From positions 1 to 64,000 of the forward strand of contig CAVSHR010000007.1 of the NCBI GenBank assembly GCA_963727625.1: 64,000 nt of DNA, written 5' to 3'. This document shows, in pieces, positions 9,334 through 19,073 of this stretch. The position numbers and the translations under genes were made by a program. The number at the start of each line of letters is the position of its first letter. The stretch's first letter is position 1. The notes beneath the pieces are model-generated. The model did not search any database, was not told the origin of the DNA, and saw nothing but the letters and a program-made list of their open reading frames with translations. The DNA is from an uncultured delta proteobacterium (GTDB taxonomy: Bacteria; Desulfobacterota; Binatia; UBA9968).

Positions 9334-10428
9334 ATGGCGGCTAATGTGATCAATCAGGACATCGCGGTCGCCCCGGCCGTTGCGAATCCCCTTAGAGATA
9401 TCACCGCGGCAAATTCGCCCAGGCTCGAGATATCTCAACCGGCTTTGCATGAGGCTACTGGAAAGTACGCGGATGCAAATTTTCGCAAGGCACTCTGCCA
9501 AGTGCTCGACACCTTTGTTCCTTACTGCGTCCTGCTGGCGCTGATGATTTATACCGTCCAGCAGGAATATTCCTATTGGATCACCCTCGCTTTGGCCGTG
9601 ATCGCGGCAGGAATCCTTGTCCGTATTTTTATTCTGTTCCATGACTGTTGTCATGGTTCTTTCTTTCCATCGAGGCGGGCAAATACAATCCTGGGCTATG
9701 TCTCAGGTATCTTGATTTTCACACCGTTTGAACGCTGGCGGTACGCCCACGCTGTGCATCATGCCACGGCCGGAGACCTCGACCGGCGCGGCATCGGGGA
9801 TATTTGGACGATGACGAAAGAGGAATATCTGGCAGCGCCCCTTCGCAAGCGAATCGGCTACCGGATTTATCGAAATCCCTTCATCTTGTTTATTCCGGGT
9901 CCTGTGCTGCTGTTTTTATTTTTCCAGCGATTCCGTACCAGGGGCGCCAGAAATAGGGAGCGCCGCAGCGTGATTTTCACCAACTTGGCGATTCTAGTCG
10001 TCGCCGGAGCAGCAAGCTTAGCTTTTGGGTTTGAGACCTATCTTATGATTCAATTGCCCATCATCGTGATTGCCGGCATCTTTGGCTTGTGGCTGTTCTA
10101 CGTCCAGCATCAGTTTGAGAACGTCTACTGGGCGCGCCATGAATTTTGGGACCCTTTAAGAGTGGCTATGGAGGGCAGTTCCTATTATAAGCTGCCGAAA
10201 ATTTTACAGTGGTTCACGGGCAATATCGGTCTGCACCACATTCACCACGCGCGGCCCACGATTCCCAATTACAATCTGCAGCGATGTTACGATAACGTCC
10301 CGGCGTTCCAGGCAGTCAAACCGTTGACGATCCGTACCAGCCTCAAGTCGCTGCGCCTGGGTCTGTACGACGAAAAACAAAAGAAAATGATCAGTTTCCG
10401 TTCCCTGGAGGCTTCTGCGCAACATTGA
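9334..10428 (+). CDS. Membrane fatty acid (acyl-lipid) desaturase, Bacillus Des-like
   Basis: Three His boxes HDCCH, HAVHH and HHIHH; YVQHQF; multiple TM segments. Confidence 0.92.
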   Translation: MAANVINQDIAVAPAVANPLRDITAANSPRLEISQPALHEATGKYADANFRKALCQVLDTFVPYCVLLALMIYTVQQEYSYWITLALAVIAAGILVRIFILFHDCCHGSFFPSRRANTILGYVSGILIFTPFERWRYAHAVHHATAGDLDRRGIGDIWTMTKEEYLAAPLRKRIGYRIYRNPFILFIPGPVLLFLFFQRFRTRGARNRERRSVIFTNLAILVVAGAASLAFGFETYLMIQLPIIVIAGIFGLWLFYVQHQFENVYWARHEFWDPLRVAMEGSSYYKLPKILQWFTGNIGLHHIHHARPTIPNYNLQRCYDNVPAFQAVKPLTIRTSLKSLRLGLYDEKQKKMISFRSLEASAQH

Positions 10429-10444
10429 GAAAAAGGCAAGAACG

Positions 10445-10705
10445 ATGAAAAGAAAAGTTGGTTTATGGATCGACCACAGGGAGACGGTGTTCGTGGATAT
10501 CGCGGACAAGCGAGAAGAAATGAAGCGGATAGAATCAGACATGGAGAGGCACACAAGACAAGATGACCGATCGCCAGATTGCAGCAAAAGTTCGCGGGCA
10601 CTTTCTAAAATAGAGCTTGTCAATCTAATGTTCTGCCCGCCGACATCGCTGTCAACGCTCGCTTATAGCCTTGCAGAGCGCGGTCGCTCAGGTGAGGGGT
10701 TGTAA
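10445..10705 (+). pseudogene. Chimeric stub: N-terminus of a release-factor-like (KVGLWIDH) protein fused to an unrelated tail
   Basis: MKRKVGLWIDHRETVFV..KRIESDMERH then loss of similarity; the last codons are shared with 32119-32175. Confidence 0.45.
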
Positions 10706-10710
10706 CTTTA
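10649..10710 (+). repeat. 62-bp direct repeat, copy 1
   Basis: 6 mismatches in 62 bp versus 32119-32180. Confidence 0.9.
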
Positions 10711-10942
10711 GGAGAGAGCGCACATGAAGAACTGCCATGGGCCTGCTTCAACTGCATTGGAATTCGCCCTGAAAAGAAAGACGAAAAAAGTAAATAAACG
10801 CTCTCTGTTAATTAGCAGCGGCGCTTCATTGCCGGCACGGTACAATTCAAAGGGCGGGCATTTCGATGGTTGCAATAAAGGTTGTCACGGATCGATATGC
10901 AATCAGGCGATCTAATACTGTACGTAAAGAGGAAAAAGCCCG

Positions 10943-11443
10943 ATGAAAAAGAAAGTTTTGGCGCTATTGACGGTATTGTTTTTTGTGATTCTCACAACCT
11001 CGGCTTTCGCTCAGTCTTCGGCGCCCGGCGATGAGGGGAGTCGGCCTGGTCCGGGCTATGGTATGGGACCCGGAGGAGGGTACGGTTACGGACCGGGAAG
11101 TGGTTACGGAATGGGACCTGGGATGATGGGGCCGGGATATGGACCAGGTACGGGACCGGGTATGATGGGCCCGGGGTACGGTTATGGACCCGGCGAAAGG
11201 CAGTCTTATCCTAACCAGCATTACAACATGATGAGAGGCGGATGGGGGATATTCATATTTATCTTTATGTTGATATTTTTGGTTCTCGTGATCGCCGGAA
11301 TTGTGCTTCTCGTACGTTATTTATCACCGCACTCGATATCGAAACCGTCTGAAGGTGCGTTGGAGATTCTTAAACTCCGCTACGCGAGAGGAGAAATTCA
11401 AAAAGTCGAATTCGAGGAAAAGAGGAAAGATTTAGAATCCTAG
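10943..11443 (+). CDS. SHOCT-domain membrane protein with Gly/Pro/Tyr/Met repeats
   Basis: Signal peptide, GPGYGMGPGMM repeats, TM, C-terminal ALEILKLRYARGEIQKVEFEE (SHOCT). Confidence 0.85.
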   Translation: MKKKVLALLTVLFFVILTTSAFAQSSAPGDEGSRPGPGYGMGPGGGYGYGPGSGYGMGPGMMGPGYGPGTGPGMMGPGYGYGPGERQSYPNQHYNMMRGGWGIFIFIFMLIFLVLVIAGIVLLVRYLSPHSISKPSEGALEILKLRYARGEIQKVEFEEKRKDLES

Positions 11444-11505
11444 AACTTGGGAACCTCAGGCGCCGTTCTAGCAACGGGTTCAGTCTGAATTTTTGTTTGG
11501 AAGGA

Positions 11506-12381
11506 ATGATGAAAATCACCGCGGGGGCTCTTGTTGGTTTCTTGTTCTTGCCGGGAATTGGATTCTCCTTGATATCAGCCGGCGCTGCCGAAACCGAAAC
11601 CTGGCCGTCTAGACAGACTATGTACCAGGGACAACGAGTCTATCAGGTCAACTGTGCTGCCTGCCACGGTGTCGGAGGGGATGGAAAGGGTCCCTATGCC
11701 TCGATGTTTCGCATCCGGCCGCGGGACTTTAGAACCGGCGTCTTCAAGTTCCGTTCTACGGCTTCAGGATCATTGCCCACGGATGACGATCTGCTGCGTA
11801 CCGTTACTCAGGGAGTTCGCTGGACTGGAATGGTCGGTCGTTCCGATCTCCGCGACAATGATCGGCGCGCAGTGATTCAGTACATCAAGACCTTCTCGTC
11901 GCGGTTTGAAAAAGAACGACCGGGCAAGCCAATCAATGTGCCGCCGGCTCCGCCGAAAACCAGGGAAGCCGTGGCTCAAGGCAAACGATTGTACAGTGAA
12001 GTCGGCTGCGTTGCCTGTCATGGCGAGGGAGGACTTGGAGATGGCCCCTCGTCATCCGGATTAAAGGACGATTGGGGTTGGCCGATTTGGCCGTCGGACC
12101 TGACGTGGCGACCACTCAAACGGGGATCTGCTACCAGAGAAACCTATCGCACTCTTGTTACCGGGCTTTCCGGCACGCCGATGCCGTCTTATGCGAGTTC
12201 GCTGAACAGCCGACAACTCTGGTCGCTGGTCTACTACCTGGAATCACTCGTCCCCCCGAACCATCGTCTCGACCCGAATCAGGTTCTCGGCGAGGAACAG
12301 CAAGGTTGGAACGCCGTGAGAATGGGGGGAATGATGGGCGGCGGTATGATGGGTCCCGGGATGATACATCGCTCCCGCTAG
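11506..12381 (+). CDS. Diheme c-type cytochrome
   Basis: CAACH and CVACH, PRDF..G.FKFRST, GTPMP, Met/Gly-rich tail, signal peptide. Confidence 0.88.
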   Translation: MMKITAGALVGFLFLPGIGFSLISAGAAETETWPSRQTMYQGQRVYQVNCAACHGVGGDGKGPYASMFRIRPRDFRTGVFKFRSTASGSLPTDDDLLRTVTQGVRWTGMVGRSDLRDNDRRAVIQYIKTFSSRFEKERPGKPINVPPAPPKTREAVAQGKRLYSEVGCVACHGEGGLGDGPSSSGLKDDWGWPIWPSDLTWRPLKRGSATRETYRTLVTGLSGTPMPSYASSLNSRQLWSLVYYLESLVPPNHRLDPNQVLGEEQQGWNAVRMGGMMGGGMMGPGMIHRSR

Positions 12382-12423
12382 AGTTCGGTCCCGGTGCTGA
12401 TTAAGCGATAAAGCAGCTTCTAA

Positions 12424-12583
12424 CCCTAAACCGACAATAAAAACGGAAGTCCATCATCCTGAATGAATCAATGCGTGAGCAGTTCAAAACTTCACTGATT
12501 GTGAGCAACTCGATGGACCGGAGAATTGTTAAAATACCAATGGTAAAGTTCCATGCAATTGCCAAATTATTGTCGGTTTAGGG
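12424..12583. mobile_element. 160-bp MITE
   Basis: Perfect 17-bp terminal IR CCCTAAACCGACAATAA (12424-12440 and 12567-12583), flanked by a CTAA 4-bp direct repeat; AT-rich non-coding interior. Confidence 0.85.
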
Positions 12584-12664
12584 CTAATCGATGAACGAAA
12601 AGAATCCACGTCTTCTACGGCAACAAGGTGCGGGAATGGCAAGTGTTCGACAAAAGCGCCCTCT

Positions 12665-12856
12665 GCGTTGAAAAACTTCGGCGTGGTACTGAAGATTATC
12701 ACGGGGGACAATCACACCGGGCCGCGGCCGACGTCAATCAGCAAATCGGGTTGGCGAAGACAAAAATCCTCACAGGTTCAAACCTCCGTCAACTAAAAGC
12801 GTTGGCGCGTTGCTCAAGCGCGTGGCCGATGTGGAGGTCGCGCCGAAATTGAGCCC
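12665..12856 (+). pseudogene. Internal relic of a P-type ATPase (MgtA-like)
   Basis: ALKNFGVVLKIITGDN, then after frameshifts QQIGL..KILTGSNLRQL..ALLKRVADVEV.AEIEP. Confidence 0.75.
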
Positions 12857-12895
12857 TTTTCTTGAGAAGCCATGGGGCTATGTTCGCATCTTAAT

Positions 12896-13411
12896 GCGCA
12901 GGCCATGATTAAGCTCCGCAGGCCGAAAGGTTGGCCGGTCCGAAGGTAGTCCGCTGACGAACCGCTCGAAGAGAGATTTCCCGCTCATCGAGTTCCCGTT
13001 AGGGTGTAAGTTGGGCTAAAAGGATTGGGCGGAGAGCTGAGGCATTTCAGCTCAACGCCTCGCTATTTTGCCACACCTCCACAGGCGCCAAATTCCGGCA
13101 GGACGCCTTGCCGCTCAGGTGCGCCAACGAAATCTCGCCTTACTCTGCGAAAATCCAGCGGAGATTTATCGCATTTGCGACTTTCCTTTTCGGCACTCTC
13201 CCACTATCAAAGCAACGGACCTTGCTGATTACCTGGTTAACAGAGCGGCATTGTTCTTGCGCCATTCAGTTAAAGAAAAGGTTAGATGGTCGGAGCGACG
13301 CGGTCTAGGCAGGTCTGCGCGGTGCGCGATGAATCTTTTTTAAACCGTCCAATTTAGACGGAAATCCCTGGTGAACAATAATAGGCTTCGTCCATCACAA
13401 GGAGGCAAACC
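12896..13411 (+). repeat. Regulatory cassette copy A (UAS pair, sigma54 core, leader)
   Basis: Colinear with 37867-38313 and 43315-43700; UAS centres at 13046 and 13067; palindrome at 13347-13359. Confidence 0.88.
13246..13260 (+). promoter_or_regulatory. sigma54 (-24/-12) promoter
   Basis: CGGCATTGTTCTTGC, identical in copies A, B and C. Confidence 0.75.
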
Positions 13412-13939
13412 ATGGCAGAGAATAACGCAGTGGTGGGGATCTACAACGCCCACACCGAGGCAGAAGCGAGCATCAAAGAGCTCCAGCGGTCCGGGTTCGA
13501 CATGAAGAAGTTGTCCATCGTGGGCAAGGACTATCACACCGAAGAACACGTCGTCGGCTACTACAATACCGGCGACCGCATGAAGGTCTGGGGCAAACTG
13601 GGAGCCTTTTGGGGCGGCTTTTGGGGATTTCTGTTTGGGTCGGCCTTTTTCTTTATCCCAGGCATCGGCCCGCTTATCGTGTTCGGACCCTTGGTGGGGT
13701 GGATTGTCGGAGCACTGGAAAGCGCCGTGGTCGTCGGCGGGCTGAGCGCGTTGGGCGCCGCGTTGTACAGCATTGGCATTCCCAAAGATAGCATCATGCA
13801 GTACGAGACGGCGCTCAAGTCCGACAAGTTCCTCGTGATCGCGCATGGCACAGCCGCCGAGGTGGCCAAGGCCAAGAGCATCCTTGAGACCACCGGCGCG
13901 GCACAAGTCGCCGCCCATCAAGGGGTATCGGCAACTTAA
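13412..13939 (+). CDS. General stress protein (YflT/DUF1269-like glycine-zipper membrane protein), copy 1
   Basis: AVVGIY..HTEAE..IKELQRSGFDMKKLSIVGKDYH, Gly-rich TM hairpin, GIPKDSI.QYETALK. Confidence 0.85.
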   Translation: MAENNAVVGIYNAHTEAEASIKELQRSGFDMKKLSIVGKDYHTEEHVVGYYNTGDRMKVWGKLGAFWGGFWGFLFGSAFFFIPGIGPLIVFGPLVGWIVGALESAVVVGGLSALGAALYSIGIPKDSIMQYETALKSDKFLVIAHGTAAEVAKAKSILETTGAAQVAAHQGVSAT

Positions 13940-13996
13940 TTTGCTGTCACGACGACGAGCGCAGGTCTGCGAATAGCGTAAGCAAGGAAGGTCAAA

Positions 13997-15019
13997 ATGC
14001 AACTAGGCATGGTCGGATTAGGGCGTATGGGAGCGAGTCTGGTGCAGCGGCTGACGAAGGATGGCCATAAGTGCGTGGTCTACGACGTGAACTCCGCCGC
14101 TGTGAAGAAGATCGTGGGCAGGGGCGTTCAGGGCGCCGCATCGCTCGACGAGTTGATCGCGAAGCTGGCCAAGCCACGTGCCGCCTGGGTGATGGTTCCT
14201 GCCGGCGTAGCGGGCAAGACCGTCGAGGAGCTGGCCTTGCGCATGGAGGCCGGCGACATCATCATCGATGGCGGTAACAGCTACTATCGCGACGATCTTC
14301 AGCGCGCGAAGGCGCTCAAGGGCAAAGGTATCCATTACGTCGATTGCGGCACTAGTGGCGGAGTGTTCGGGCTGGAGCGTGGCTTTTGTCTGATGATTGG
14401 CGGAGAGGACCAAGTCGTCAAGCACTTGGATCCGATTTTCAAAAGCATCGCACCCGGGGTCAAGGCAGCGCCGCGCACCCCAGGTAAAAAGGGCGCCGCC
14501 AGTTCCGCCGAGAACGGATATTTGCACTGCGGCCCGACCGGCGCGGGCCACTTCGTGAAGATGGTCCACAACGGCATCGAGTATGGGATGATGGCGGCCT
14601 ACGCTGAAGGCCTCAACATCCTCAAGAACGCCGACGTCGGCTTACACCAACGGGCGGAGAACGCCGAGACCACCCCACTGCGCGACCCGGACGCCTACAA
14701 GTACCAAATCGATACCAGCCAGGTCGCCGAGGTATGGCGCCGCGGCAGCGTGGTGGCGTCTTGGTTGCTCGATCTGACAGCGGCGGCGCTCGTCGAGGAT
14801 TCGGATCTCGCCGAATTCACCGGACGGGTGTCGGACTCAGGTGAGGGACGCTGGACGATTGCGGCTGCTATCGACGAAGCCGTGCCAGTCCCTGTTCTTA
14901 GCGCCGCGCTCTACGAACGCTTCAGCTCGCGCGGTGATTCGGATTTCGCCAATCGTGTGTTGTCTGCAATGCGCAAGCAGTTTGGCGGGCATGAGGAAAA
15001 GAAGAAGGGCAAAAGTTGA
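13997..15019 (+). CDS. gnd: 6-phosphogluconate dehydrogenase (decarboxylating, short type)
   Basis: GLGRMG, DGGNS, DCGTSGG, GHFVKMVHNGIEYG, DSGEGRWT. Confidence 0.96.
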   Translation: MQLGMVGLGRMGASLVQRLTKDGHKCVVYDVNSAAVKKIVGRGVQGAASLDELIAKLAKPRAAWVMVPAGVAGKTVEELALRMEAGDIIIDGGNSYYRDDLQRAKALKGKGIHYVDCGTSGGVFGLERGFCLMIGGEDQVVKHLDPIFKSIAPGVKAAPRTPGKKGAASSAENGYLHCGPTGAGHFVKMVHNGIEYGMMAAYAEGLNILKNADVGLHQRAENAETTPLRDPDAYKYQIDTSQVAEVWRRGSVVASWLLDLTAAALVEDSDLAEFTGRVSDSGEGRWTIAAAIDEAVPVPVLSAALYERFSSRGDSDFANRVLSAMRKQFGGHEEKKKGKS

Positions 15020-15020
15020 G

Positions 15021-15125
15021 GTGGATAGGACCAACGGCCGCGCAGCGTGGTCCGACTCGCTGGTGCTCTTCGGTGTGACGGGGGATCTCGCCCACAAGAT
15101 GACTTCCCGGCGCTCTACGCGATGA
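15021..15125 (+). pseudogene. 5' stub of glucose-6-phosphate dehydrogenase
   Basis: [17 protein letters not shown]; 15051-15124 is nearly identical to 19089-19163 except for a 1-bp deletion and a few substitutions. Confidence 0.9.
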
Positions 15126-15306
15126 AAGAGAGAATTGCTCCAGCTAGATTATGCCCACAACAGAACAGCGGACTATCAGTCGCGTACGACGGATACGCGA
15201 AATGTAAGTGAGCGCGGCAATTATGACGGATGTAACCCGCGTGCATCGGCGAACAACTCAGTCTATTTCGCCTTGTGGCTGAACTTTTGAGAAGGGGAGA
15301 CACTCA

Positions 15307-15852
15307 ATGAAAGTAGAAACTCATGAGCATCAGCACTCGCCCTTGGATCCATCCCGTCGATCTTTTCTTGGTGCACTGCTTGGATTGGCGTCGGCATTTG
15401 TCGGCGCCCTATTGGCGGTTCCGGTCTTGCGCTACATCTCCTATCCATTGACTGCCAATAACTCCGAAGGTTCGGACTGGACGGAAGTTGGCTCAGTCGC
15501 AAGTGTTTCCAACGTCCAAGCGCCCCTACGCCGCACGCTCGAGCTGAAGCAGCGCGACGGTTGGCGGGAGACAGCCAGTCAACCGGTGATCTACATCATC
15601 AAGACCGGTGGCAAGCTCAAGGCATTGTCCGCTATTTGTCCCCACCTCGGCTGTACTGTCCCCTGGGATCCAGGCCGAAACGAATTTGTCTGTCCATGCC
15701 ATGGCGGTACTTTCTCTGCAGACGGCACCCATCTCTCCGGCCCGCCGCGTCGCTCGCTTGATTCTTTGAAAACCAAAGTGTCCGGCGGCAAGCTAATGGT
15801 GAAGTACCAATATTTCCGTCCCGACGTGACTAGCAAAGAGGTCATCGGCTAA
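15307..15852 (+). CDS. Rieske 2Fe-2S subunit of a Rieske/cytochrome b complex
   Basis: Tat motif SRRSFL, TM, CPHLGC and CPCHG boxes, GPP. Confidence 0.93.
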   Translation: MKVETHEHQHSPLDPSRRSFLGALLGLASAFVGALLAVPVLRYISYPLTANNSEGSDWTEVGSVASVSNVQAPLRRTLELKQRDGWRETASQPVIYIIKTGGKLKALSAICPHLGCTVPWDPGRNEFVCPCHGGTFSADGTHLSGPPRRSLDSLKTKVSGGKLMVKYQYFRPDVTSKEVIG

Positions 15853-15866
15853 ACAGCGGAGGTACA

Positions 15867-18305
15867 ATGACCATGCCGGATGCGAACTCGGAAAAGAGCC
15901 GGAGCAGACCAAGTCTGCTTGGGCATCTGTGGAATTGGATAGACCAACGCACAGGAGCGGACCGGATTCTTCGCCACTCCCTGGGTGAAGCTATTCCGGG
16001 CGGAGCGCGCTTCGCATATGTTTTCGGATCAGCGCTTCTGTTCATTTTCATTTCGCAGATTGTTACCGGCATATGCCTGGCGCTGTACTATGTCCCTTCT
16101 CCTATGGCCGCTCATGTGAGCGTGGCCTACATTATTAAGGAAGTGGCGGGAGGATCGTTCCTGCGCAGTCTGCATTCCTACGGTTCAAGTGCCATGGTCG
16201 TAGTTCTGCTCCTGCATTTTCTGCAGACGTTTCTCTACGGGTCCTACAAAGGGAAACGCGAGCTGCTCTGGATTTCTGGCTGCACTCTTTCGCTCCTTGT
16301 CTTGGGAATGACTTTCACCGGCTACCTCTTACGGTGGGATCAGAACGCGTATTCTGCCGGCTCCGTAGGCACAGATATCCTTGGCCAGGTCCCGATCATT
16401 GGGGAAATCCTTAGACGGCTATTACGGGGCGGCGCAATGATGGGAGCCCTAACGCTCTCTCGTTTTTACGTTCTCCATGTTTTGATCATTCCAGCTCTAA
16501 TCTTTTCGTTTATCGCCATCCACATTTTCTTGTTTCGCAAAGCCGGCGCCGCAGGCCCGGTGAACGAAGATCCAGTCACGCCACGCTTGCCTGCCGAAAC
16601 GTTTTATCCCAGCCAGGTTCTAATCGATATGGCGTTTGTGCTGCTGGTAATGGGTGTTTTGGGTATGCTGGCGCATTTTGTTCCGGTAACGCTGGGACTC
16701 GAGGCGAACCCGACAAATACCCGCTATTTACCCCGTCCGGAGTGGTATTACCTGCCGATGTTCCAGTGGCTGAAGTATTGGGAGGGATGGAGCACGGTCA
16801 TCGGAGTTTTCATTATTCCGGTAATTCTGATCGGACTGTTTTTCTTGCTACCGTTCATGGACCGCGGCCTCGAACGCCGCCCGTGGCGCAGGCCCATTCC
16901 CACAGGCGGCGTCTTCATAGTATTGATCGGTTTGGTATGGCTCGGCATGGCGAGTCGTTTTGATGATTCGCGCGACCCCACCGTTGCCGCTCAACTCGCT
17001 GAACAGAACCAACAAGAAGATGTGTATTTTTATACCGCTTTTCAGCCGTATACGGCATCGTCGCCTGCTGGGGGCGGTGCGTCAACTTCGACCGATTCAA
17101 CTTTGGTGGCCGAGGGAAAAGGCATTTTTGATTCTCACGGCTGCAGTGGATGCCACGGAGAAAGTGGAGGGGGCGCCATAGGGCCAGCTCTGACTCATAT
17201 TTCCAGTCAATATCAGCCAGCTCAATTGACGGCACTTCTGAAAACGCCTACCGCAAAAATGAAAGCTTCGGGCATGGTCCCTCTGACGTTGAATGATGCT
17301 GAAATGAAAGGTCTGGTTTCTTACCTGACCAGCCTCGGGGGAACATCGGCCGCCTCTGCAGCGGCACCACCTGCTTCGGGGTCGTTCCCACCTGCCCAAG
17401 CTAAAGCGGCACCAGTTGCAACAGCCGCATCGGTGAAAGCAGGAACTGGAAGTTCGGCAGGCGGTGCAACCGCCACTCAGGGGAAGAGCATTTTCGATTC
17501 TCACGGCTGCAGTAAATGCCACGGACAGAGCGGAGGCGGTGGCGTTGGGCCGGCGCTGACCCATATTTCCGGTCAATATCCGCCAGCTAAATTGACGGCA
17601 CTTCTGAAAGCGCCCACTGCCAAGATGAAAGCTGGCGGCATGGTCCCCCTGACTCTGAATAGTGCTGAGATGAAAGCACTGGTTGCCTACCTGACCAGCC
17701 TCGGCGGATCAACGGTCGCCTCTGCCGCGGCGGCACCACCCGCTTCCGGGTCGTCCGCCCCTGCCCAGGCTAAAGCGCAACCAGGGGCAACAGCCAGACC
17801 GGCGAAGGCCGCCTCTGTAGCGGCACCACCTGCTTCCGGGTCGTCTGCACCTGCGCCGGCTAAAGCGCAAGCAGCTGCGACAGCCGGAGCGGTGAAAGCA
17901 GGAACTGGAAGTTCGGCAACGTCTGCATTAGCCGATAACAAGAGCCCCGACAAATCTGACAAGTCGGTCGATCTCCTCTCTTTTATTAAGTCTTTATTCG
18001 CCGATAACAAGACAACCGAGAAGGCAATACCCGGGGAAAAGATATATCAATCGCATGGCTGTGTGGCCTGCCACGGAGAGGGAGGCAAGGGAACGCAGCG
18101 GGCCTCTGCACTGATAGATGTTGGCAAGCAGCTCTCTCCGAGTCAAATTATGAGTCTGTTGAAGAATCCGACAGTCAAGATGAAAGCTGGCGGCATGCCG
18201 CCGGTTACAGGTAGCGATGAGGAATTGACGTCGCTTGTGACATATCTCGGAAGTTTGAAGTCATCTCCTGCTTCCCCGGAAGTTGAGTCGACTCACAAGC
18301 CGTGA
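15867..18305 (+). CDS. Cytochrome b/b6 plus subunit IV fused to three c-type cytochrome domains
   Basis: Heme b His pairs (RSLH..LH; VLH..IH), PEWY, then CSGCH, CSKCH and CVACH separated by Ala/Pro/Ser linkers. Confidence 0.93.
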   Translation: MTMPDANSEKSRSRPSLLGHLWNWIDQRTGADRILRHSLGEAIPGGARFAYVFGSALLFIFISQIVTGICLALYYVPSPMAAHVSVAYIIKEVAGGSFLRSLHSYGSSAMVVVLLLHFLQTFLYGSYKGKRELLWISGCTLSLLVLGMTFTGYLLRWDQNAYSAGSVGTDILGQVPIIGEILRRLLRGGAMMGALTLSRFYVLHVLIIPALIFSFIAIHIFLFRKAGAAGPVNEDPVTPRLPAETFYPSQVLIDMAFVLLVMGVLGMLAHFVPVTLGLEANPTNTRYLPRPEWYYLPMFQWLKYWEGWSTVIGVFIIPVILIGLFFLLPFMDRGLERRPWRRPIPTGGVFIVLIGLVWLGMASRFDDSRDPTVAAQLAEQNQQEDVYFYTAFQPYTASSPAGGGASTSTDSTLVAEGKGIFDSHGCSGCHGESGGGAIGPALTHISSQYQPAQLTALLKTPTAKMKASGMVPLTLNDAEMKGLVSYLTSLGGTSAASAAAPPASGSFPPAQAKAAPVATAASVKAGTGSSAGGATATQGKSIFDSHGCSKCHGQSGGGGVGPALTHISGQYPPAKLTALLKAPTAKMKAGGMVPLTLNSAEMKALVAYLTSLGGSTVASAAAAPPASGSSAPAQAKAQPGATARPAKAASVAAPPASGSSAPAPAKAQAAATAGAVKAGTGSSATSALADNKSPDKSDKSVDLLSFIKSLFADNKTTEKAIPGEKIYQSHGCVACHGEGGKGTQRASALIDVGKQLSPSQIMSLLKNPTVKMKAGGMPPVTGSDEELTSLVTYLGSLKSSPASPEVESTHKP

Positions 18306-18321
18306 TTCGATCACCGCAGAA

Positions 18322-18426
18322 TGGACGACCATGGCCGCTATCGAGCAAGGCGTGTCGGCGCCAATGATTAGCGCGGCGATCTTTGGTCGCTTCGCGTCCC
18401 GAGGAGATGCTGACGACGCCGCAAAC
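18322..18426 (+). pseudogene. 3' relic of a second gnd
   Basis: WTTMAAIEQGVSAPMISAAIFGRFASRGDAD versus WTIAAAIDEAVPVPVLSAALYERFSSRGDSD in the intact gnd. Confidence 0.8.
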
Positions 18427-18519
18427 ACAGACTCCGGTCGAGCTCTGGTTCAATGACCGTGACAAGTCAGAAATAGTGAATCAGGCGGCGCGACAAATTT
18501 TCAGGCATGGGGGTGGCTC

Positions 18520-19044
18520 GTGACCAAAAAGGAAAAAATTCTTATAGCGCTGGATGACGATTTGACTTCAACGGCTGTCGTAAAATACGTCGGGAGAATC
18601 ACTTCGGGGGAAAAAAACTTGGCGATTTGTCTCCTTCATATTATTCCGCCCTTGCCGCCGCAGCTGCGCGAATTTCGCGGTTCCGAGGATGCCAAAATGG
18701 AGCAGCAGCTCGACCGGGAGCTTGATGTCAAGTGCGCACGGTGGACCATAAACGCCGAGCGTGCGGCGCAAGCCTTGTTGCGCAAAGCGACGACGCTGCT
18801 GGCCAAGGCGGGAATGCCGTCAGAGGCGATTGAAACCTGCGTTCGGCAATCGGTCAATCACGAAGACCTGATCGATGATATCTTCGCAGCGGCTAAAGAA
18901 AAGAAATGCCAAACCATTGTCGTGAGCAGGTCGTCATTCTCATGGCTTAAAGAAATGTTCCATCGCCATGTCGCCGACGAGCTTGTAAGAAAAGCTAGTG
19001 GTGTCACGATTTGGGTGGTGGAAGAAAGTTTCCCTAGATCGTAA
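18520..19044 (+). CDS. Universal stress protein
   Basis: [31 protein letters not shown]. Confidence 0.85.
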   Translation: MTKKEKILIALDDDLTSTAVVKYVGRITSGEKNLAICLLHIIPPLPPQLREFRGSEDAKMEQQLDRELDVKCARWTINAERAAQALLRKATTLLAKAGMPSEAIETCVRQSVNHEDLIDDIFAAAKEKKCQTIVVSRSSFSWLKEMFHRHVADELVRKASGVTIWVVEESFPRS

Positions 19045-19073
19045 AAGCGCATGCTCCAGGGAGCCTACCTAAA

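Noticed and set aside
11045-11195. Short periodic repeats as a CRISPR array or ncRNA
   Set aside because: They are in-frame GPGYG/GPGMM codons inside a CDS; no unique spacers and no cas genes
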